Source of the DNA: Felis catus
Lineage: Eukaryota
Assembly: GCF_018350175.1 (NCBI RefSeq)
Contig: NC_058368.1
Location: forward strand, 47,988,001 to 48,052,000
Length of the DNA: 64,000 nucleotides
Reading direction: 5' to 3'
The position numbers and the translations under genes are program-made. The notes beneath the pieces were generated by a model. It was not told the DNA's origin and did not search any database. It saw only the letters and a list, made by a program, of their open reading frames with translations. The first letter of the stretch is position 1. Every line of letters begins with the position of its first letter. Shown in pieces: positions 56,511-64,000 of the stretch.

Positions 56511-59500
56511 TCAATGGTTTCATTTTATTAAAAGTAGAATCATATTCTTTTAATAGCAACATAGAAGAATGCCAGAAACATGGCAAATACCAAATGGACA
56601 TGTATACTCTATTATTCTCTATTATTTTCTATTATTATTTTCATCTTATTACTCTGAGTTCTGCTTTTGAACAATACATTGATAAATATGAATTTAATTA
56701 ATTTCTCAAGAAGCTTATCAATGAATTCTTTTCATCTATTTTTATCTCTAAATTCTCTGGAATAAGAAGAACAATTTTCTTTCTTCCTTCCCTCTTTCTT
56801 TTATCAAAGGTGAGAGAGAGGTACTGAATTGTCAACCGTGGTTGATGGTAAGTACAACCACCTCTCGCCCCCAAGTCATACACTCCCATCGGTAACACCA
56901 TCTTCAGCAGCATCAACATTACCAAGAATCTTTATTAAGTACCTAAATGTGCACACTGCTGTTGGGCTTATCAGAAGGAACTACTTGACAGCCATTCTCT
57001 GGATCCTTGAGACTTGAGACTTGCCCAGAACTTGTCCTGCCTCCTAGAAGAGGTGCTGAGATTAGGGAAACCTTTCACTCGGCTTTGCCAACCAATCAGG
57101 CTTAGAGCCCCGAAGCGGATACCCTCTCTTTCAACATTGCTGCAATGTGTTGTAGAATTAAAACACATATAAAAGATGGCAGAGGCAGTATCTCTCCATT
57201 CTTGAGCAAAGGAACAGGAATTTCCCAGCTCTGTAGCAACTGAACTCCCTAAAGAATAGCTTGCTTAATTCATATGAATATTATATTACCTTCTTTGGCA
57301 TTCATAGACGCCAACATGTCCTCTAGAGCATGGTACTTAATTGTTTTTCTTATTAGTTCAAAAATAAAACATGTTGGATACATTGCCATGGCTGCTTCTC
57401 TAATTAATAAAAAGACTGTGTTGAGTTTAAAAACAACTAACTCTTTTCATGTCCAAGTTACTTTTAGTAGCTATTATAAATTATTACCTCCTTCCACATC
57501 AGAGGTGTCTTATGACTAAAGGAGGAGACTGCCCCCATGATGCTCTTTAACAATGACTCTTATGTTTCTTTTGGTAAACTCATAATGTTAATTACACTCT
57601 GCAACAGATGGAGTGCCTTCCATCAAGGACCTCAATGCACCTTACAAATGTCATGAGTCATCAAAGCCCTTCTTTAATGGAGGTATCTGTGGTCACAATT
57701 TTATAGTTAAAGAAGCACAGAGAAGGTAAGTGTTGTTTTTTTAAAGTGGAATATGTTTTAGTCAAAAGACTTAGTCATCTTTTACGAAGGCAGAGACACT
57801 CAATGACTACTGAATGAAACTCAATGAATATAAATGAATGAAATGGTTCGTCAACAAGATTTGGCTATCCTGGCAATGAACACCTGGACCATAGTAATTA
57901 TTTTGAAGAGTGATGAATAGATCAGAAAGGATTTACTGCTAATTAATCAGTCTTTACAATGATTGGTGGAGAAAATGGTGATTTAACCACCATAATAATA
58001 TAGTAAATCTAGAAAATAGAAATGACCAAACATTTTAGTAACATTGATAAAGAAACATTGAAATTTAGAGTTAGAAGATTCTAGAGATTGTTTAGTCAAT
58101 CACTTTCATATTTCAGATAGGAACAGTGAGATCCAGAAAGGTTAAAAGGGGCTTGCATCAAATTATTCAGCTTTTAAAACCTTAATTTAATTTCTTTATA
58201 CTCCCTCCTCCTTCAGAAAGGGTTTCATTTGACTCAGTCACTCAGCTAGAATCTAGGTTCCTGACCTAAATTTATCCATGTTTCCACTAAATTCCATTTT
58301 ATTTTATTTTATTTTGTTTTATTTTATTATTTATTTCCATTAAAAAAAACTTTCACAATTGTCCTTCTGCATTCTAACAATCATAAAATTATAGAATTTG
58401 AAAGTTCTAAGGAGGTCACTTTTGTCGATCTTCCTCTTTTAATTGGTGAGGAATCTGATATTCAGAGAGTTTAAGGGAATCACTCAGGTTGTGTGGTGAG
58501 TTACTGGAAAACAACTGGAATCTCTATTCCCTCTTCTTTCACTACTTCAGAATCTGGAATTTAATCTATAATCAAGATCCCAGTAACCCCAAACACCAAC
58601 ATAATTTCATCTTAATTTTTTTGAAATCCTCTTTTACTAAAGACAAGTGAAAAGTAAACCAGCTAATATTAGGGATTAAAAAAAGAAATGTCCCGAGCAT
58701 GTCATTAGGTCAATAGTAATTAAGATTCCACCCATTTATTTGATATCTTCTGAACTTGTGAATCCAGACAGTGATGACTATACTTATCATAAAGGCACAG
58801 GTACTAACGATCCCAAAGTGCTTGCTGAATTTTCAAAGATTGAACCATCTCCATCAAGGAGGTTGTATATTTTTGTTCATGATAAAAATTGACAGCCATA
58901 GGTAAAATGATGGTAGTCTTGATCGGAACAACTAAGTAAAACAACACATTGATTCTTAACCATCATTGACAATTAATAATTTCTAGCATTTTTAGGTGTT
59001 GAAGTTTGCATCATCCCTGTCTACAGCAGTAATTCTTTAATTAAATGGAAATGTCAAATAAAACAGAAGACTGCTCACATGAGTTTTCAAGATGGACTTT
59101 TCTCTTATTTTACATAGGCTTCCTTCTGTAAAAGTTGTCACCCAATTATACACTTTGGATCAACTTGCCTATATATATATATATTTTTTTAATTCTAAAA
59201 TGAAAGTATTCATATGGAAGAAATCTTGCAATATAACAATTACTTTCCATTTGTATGATGGTTTTAAGTGGAGTTGATAAAGACCTTCTATTATTGAGAT
59301 GGGAAAGGTGGGGACAGGGTGGGGGTGGGGTGCTGAGGGGAGTGATCAAAACTTTCCCTTGTGCCATAGTTACCAAATCCTCAAGTGCTCCTGCTGTGTC
59401 CTTAGTTTTCTTGGTAGATACAGTAGACCTAGGGAGGTTTGTATTGAGCTCTAATTCTGCAAATACTCACCTCTAGACTTATTTGCTATTACTGATAATT

Positions 59501-59695
59501 GTTCTGCTGCCTTTATAGCTTGTTTTCTTGACACACATGAGCTCACCATAGGAAAATGATTCTCTGCTATTATTTGTATAGGAAATTAACCAAGGAGTTC
59601 CCCATTACTCTGTTTATCTCTCTGTGTATGCTAGGGTCTTTGAAAGGCTGTAAGTGGAATTTGTACTGTGAATTGAATGTTAATAAGATAAGGAT

Positions 59696-59805
59696 GGGAT
59701 GCCTGACTGGCTTAGTCGAAGGAGCATGTGGCTCTTGATCTCGGGGCTGTGAGTTCTATCCCCACGTTGGGTGTAGAGATTGCTTAAAAATAAAATCTTT
59801 AAAAA
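59696..59805 (+). mobile_element. Short old Can-SINE
   Basis: GGGATGCCTGACTGGCTTAGTCG...CTCTTGATCTCGGGGCTGTGAGTTC...GGTGTAGAGATTGCTTAAAAATAAAATC; imperfect TSD AATAAGATAAGGAT / AATAAGGTGAGGAT. Confidence 0.88.
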
Positions 59806-62240
59806 AATAAGGTGAGGATAAGAAACAAGTTTATCCTTTCCTTTAGAGCCCCCAACTGCCCTGTGAGCAGGAACATCCTCTCACGACAGGCACAATGTCC
59901 CACTTCTACACCCGGTTCTCCATGAATACGTCACGACAACTTCAAGAGACCCTTTCAAGATAGTTTGAATTTTCTAAGCAAATCACTCAAGAAATTAGCA
60001 TCTTCTACTTCAGTTAAATGCTCTGTTTTATTAGGAGAGCTCTTAAAGTTTAACATGCTGCTCTTCTTTTTACCGTCTTTTTCAAGAATAGTAAAGGGTT
60101 AGCAATGGTATTTAGTACAAGAAGCAAAGCATTTCAAGTTCTTTAAATAAATACATCAATAATCTCTTTTATTCTTGTATTTTCTAAGTACAAATGCTTA
60201 TTTTTATAGATTGTCCTTTTGTTCAGCTCTTACCTTCCTTTCCTTGTCTAGGCTCTTAACTTCAATGTAGAAGAGACAAGGGATCTATAAAAAAATATTC
60301 TAGGTTTATATGTAAATGATGACCAGACAGAGAACACTCAGATGGGAAAGTTGAGACTCTGCAATTTTTTTTTTTTTTATTCTTCCCTAGAGCTGATTGA
60401 TAGGGAAACCTAGGGGCAAAGTTCTAATCCATGGTTATCACATTTTGTGCTATTACCTCTTCCACCATCTGAAATACCAAAGTGTTTAATAGCAGCTGAA
60501 ATGGAATCCACATCACATCTTTTCCAATTAAATAAATGGCTTGAATTATTAGCTTCATTTGTTAGAGAAAGAAATAAGGATTTCCGTGTATTACCTGAAC
60601 CCCAAAGCATTGGCCATATAACTAGTAATTGAAAGTCTAACTTCAAGTTCTGGCTCTAAGAATTTGAATTCTGGTCAGTTCAACAAACAAGTAAGGAGTT
60701 TTCAGCAATGTGCCATGCACAAGGCCATTTAAAAATTGTCATATGGGGGAAAAAGAGAATCAGAATGAAATCAAGGTGAGTTTTCAGGCCACTGATTTTG
60801 GCTTTTAAAACTGTGACTGTTGAGAATTATATACTTTTCAATGTAGTCTGTTCTGTAGTCAGGAAAAGAAAAAATGAAGAGAGAAATGTGGTGCCCAGTG
60901 AATACTCAGGTATAGGAGTGGAGTGAATAATTGGTAACTAAATTATTTCAAACTGATTGAAATACAAATTTACTTTTATACAACAGAAATTTAAAAATTT
61001 ACGTGCCAAAACTCCTGTATATTACTGTAATTTCTAAGAGCATGTCTATCAATAATAGTAACTGAATCTTTATCATATACAAAGCATGGTCCCAGGTGCT
61101 GAGAGGATCCAGAAATAAGAATCCAAGAGGCTTATTCCGAGCAGTGTTCACCACTAGGTGCTAACATGGAATGCGAGCTAATATAGCGTCATGACTTTTG
61201 TTTTACCAATGACAAAAGTCTTATGTCATTTGTTTGCATTATCCATTCAACAGCCTTAGTTTATATAACCTCCCACTTTCAATAGAATCTACAGAACTTT
61301 CCTATTGACTATTTTTTACTGTTTCTTTTTAGCATCCTTGTAATCAAAGTAATGCAGTTATTATTATCCTTATCTAATGGACAACAAACTGAAGTTATTA
61401 AGAAATGAAGTCAATTGTTCAAGGTCAAGCAAAGTCGCCTGACTGCCCCATTCATTTTTCACTAAACTTTCCTGCCTAAAGGATACTTGAGCTTTCTCAA
61501 GAAAAGTTGGAAGACACTTAATAATTTTTTTCAATAAAACTTTTTCTAATTAAAATATTTTACTATAATACCATACAAAGAAAGGAAGGGAAGAAAAACA
61601 CCTCTCATCCCACTTACCCAGGTTGTTTTTGTAGATAATTTTCTATGCTCGTATAGCGTTTAAAAAATGAGATTGTATTACAAGAACTGTTTTGTGTCCA
61701 ATTAATGTTGAATGATTGTCTTACTGTGAGAACGAACTATAAAAGAATTTTTCCCCTTTTTGTAGCTTGTGTTCTCTGCCTTCCATCATTTACTTAGTAT
61801 ATTTCTTATTTACTAAATGAGGTTCAGTTGTTTGGAGGTAAAATCCATACCTGGTTCACCTTTATTTTTAAACTCCTTAGCACTTAGCACTGTGTACTGA
61901 TTAGAGTGTGTATACTCAAACATTTGTTAATGAATGAATGGTTACTTCCACTGGGGAAAATACAACACCAAGGCATCAGTGACAGTAAATTCTCTGCTCA
62001 CTGAGCTCCCTGATGTCTGTGGCTGGGTCTTTTCTAACGCTAGTAGCGTAGATGGTAACTGAAAGCCTAACTTGAAATTCTGGGTCTCATATTTCTAATG
62101 TCTACTTCAGTATCTACCTGGTTCCACACAGGCACTCTGTAAGTGTTTGTGGGAAGAGAGCAAGGGAAGGACGAATGGGAAGGACAGTAGCTTATGCTAA
62201 TGATGCTCAATTGTTTCATCCTGTTTAAGAGCCACGGACT

Positions 62241-62458
62241 GGAGCGCCTGGGTGGCTCAGTCGGTTAAGCATCCGACTTCAGCTCAGGTCAGGATCTCAC
62301 GGTCCGTGAGTTCGAGCCCCGCGTAGGGCTCTGTGCTGACGGCTCAGAGCCTGGAGCCTGCTTGGGATTCTGTGTCTCCCTCTCTCTCTCTGCTCCTCCC
62401 CCGTTCATGCTCTGTCTCTCTCTGTCTCAAAAATAAACATTAAAAAAAAAAAAAAAAA
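62241..62458 (+). mobile_element. Young felid Can-SINE
   Basis: CpG-rich body, pure poly-A tail; TSD AAGAGCCACGGAC (62227-62239) / AAGAGCCACAGAC (62459-62471). Confidence 0.96.
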
Positions 62459-63489
62459 AAGAGCCACAGACCACTCAAAATGCTTTATCGGGATCATGTC
62501 GTTTACCTCCATGAGGTAGATCCAGTTTCCCCATTGACAAAAGACAAAGCACAGAGAGAGAAAGTGATTTGCCCAAGCTCACACAGCTGATAACTGGTAG
62601 ACAACAGGATTTAAATTCAGTGTTCTTTATCACGGAGTTATACTGCCTCTTGATAGAACCACATGGAGTTTCAGTACAGCACAGACAGGAGGGAAGGAGG
62701 AAAGAATGGTTACTAGCAGAGCATCAGTGATAGCCAATACATGATAGTGGTAGAAGCACTAGAGAAAGATCCAAAAATCTTATGTCTCAATAATAATCTT
62801 TCCTGATTCATTTGACTTCATCTAATATCTCTGGATTCACTATTCTAATCTGCTAAACGGGTATAATCATCCTAGAACCGATTTACTCAAAGTTGTTAAT
62901 TTATGTAAACACAATTTCCACTGAATGAAGTATAAAGTCCTGGTACTATGTCAGCTGAATATTCTGATCGCCCTTACATACATGGCACAGTGCATGTAAT
63001 TAATCTGTTATGCTCAACACATCTTCACATAGCAAGTAAAATTGACCTTATTTAACTCAATAGAAGCACTAAAATGAGCAGTAATAGACTCTCCATACAT
63101 TCTTGGCAAAGGCAGTTTGATAAAATACACACATCTTAAATATTATCATAGACTTTCTATAAAATTTTTACGATGGAGCATGGATGGAGTCTCAGCTTAG
63201 TGCATGATGCATTGGGCCTTACCCAACCACCTTCCAGCACAATGGTGGGGAAGAGGGTGGGAGGGGGTAAATGTCTAATCAGAGGAAAGAGCTCCACCTA
63301 CTGATCAACAATTCCACTTCCTCCCACAGCCTTGGAAATTCATGTAATCTGCACCTTTCGGAGCACAATTACCGCTACCCCCACCCCACACACAGGCAAA
63401 CATACAAACCCTGTCATTTATTGAGCATTTATTACTTGACAGACAATTGACAGCTATTTCCATTAGTTCTAAAGGCAACCTTGGCAGGA

Positions 63490-63720
63490 GTAGTCAACGG
63501 CAGACCTGAACCCAGATCACCTGCGCTCAGAGCCTGAGTCTGCCATTTTCTAGGTGTGTGGCCTTGGGCAATTCACTTTAGCTCCCTGGGCCTCCATGTC
63601 CCCGTCTGTGAAATAAGGTCTATAATAACATCTATCTCATTGGGTTGTTATGAGGATGAAACGAATCAATGTTTTTGAAGAGTTTACAAAAATGCTTGAC
63701 ATATAGTAGGTACTTGTGAG
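63490..63720 (+). mobile_element. MIR, near full length
   Basis: CTGCCATTTTCTAGGTGTGTGGCCTTGGGCAATTCACTT...GTCTGTGAAATAAGG...TTGTTATGAGGATGAAA...CATATAGTAGG. Confidence 0.8.
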
Positions 63721-64000
63721 AAAGATTTCAAGAAAGAGAGAATGGTTGAGGAGGCTGAAGTTTATAGAAGTTTGTCACAGAACTCTTCCAGAGGAGCTGA
63801 ACACAGACTCTCTGACCCTCAATGTGCTCTTAAGCACTATGCTATGTATCTTCTTAATATGAGATATATCATCAAAATATAACCTAAAGGAACTAAGGAG
63901 GACATGCATTTGGGATCTTGTTCACTGATGGCGACTTTCTATTTTAATTAAGTTTCACCTTTTCCATATTAGTTCTCCATTCTTATCTTGGATTCCTAAT

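Overview
Mammalian (felid) non-coding genomic DNA, intergenic or intronic. Felidae is inferred from about 17 Can-SINEs of SINEC_Fc type. The window is AT-rich and dominated by layered transposon fossils: young and old Can-SINEs (many with clear target-site duplications), carnivore and older L1 fragments, many L2 and MIR relics, hAT MITEs (MER58A/B, MER20) and MaLR LTRs (MLT1). It also holds a half ERVL provirus on the minus strand (MLT2-type 5' LTR, PBS, gag, pro and the N-terminal part of RT; 12.6-15.6 kb). I recognise no host protein-coding gene: the ORF track is explained by repeats, N-runs or chance. The less ordinary observations are: two highly decayed RTE-clade LINE remnants (40.6-41.2 kb and 53.4-54.2 kb); two L1s that keep their 5' region but lack ORF1 and part of ORF2; paired-homeodomain P3 sites inside the ERVL, one within a local tandem expansion; a possible terminal coding exon at 2.25 kb whose stop codon sits in a hairpin; a CpG-retaining, repeat-poor cluster of plus-strand splice signals at 23.7-27.1 kb; and N-runs whose lengths match the missing L1 sequence, pointing to masking or reference-guided consensus rather than ordinary gaps. 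Repeat family names come from recalled consensus sequences, not a database search, and boundaries of old repeats are approximate. I see no convincing evidence of a wholly new biological system.
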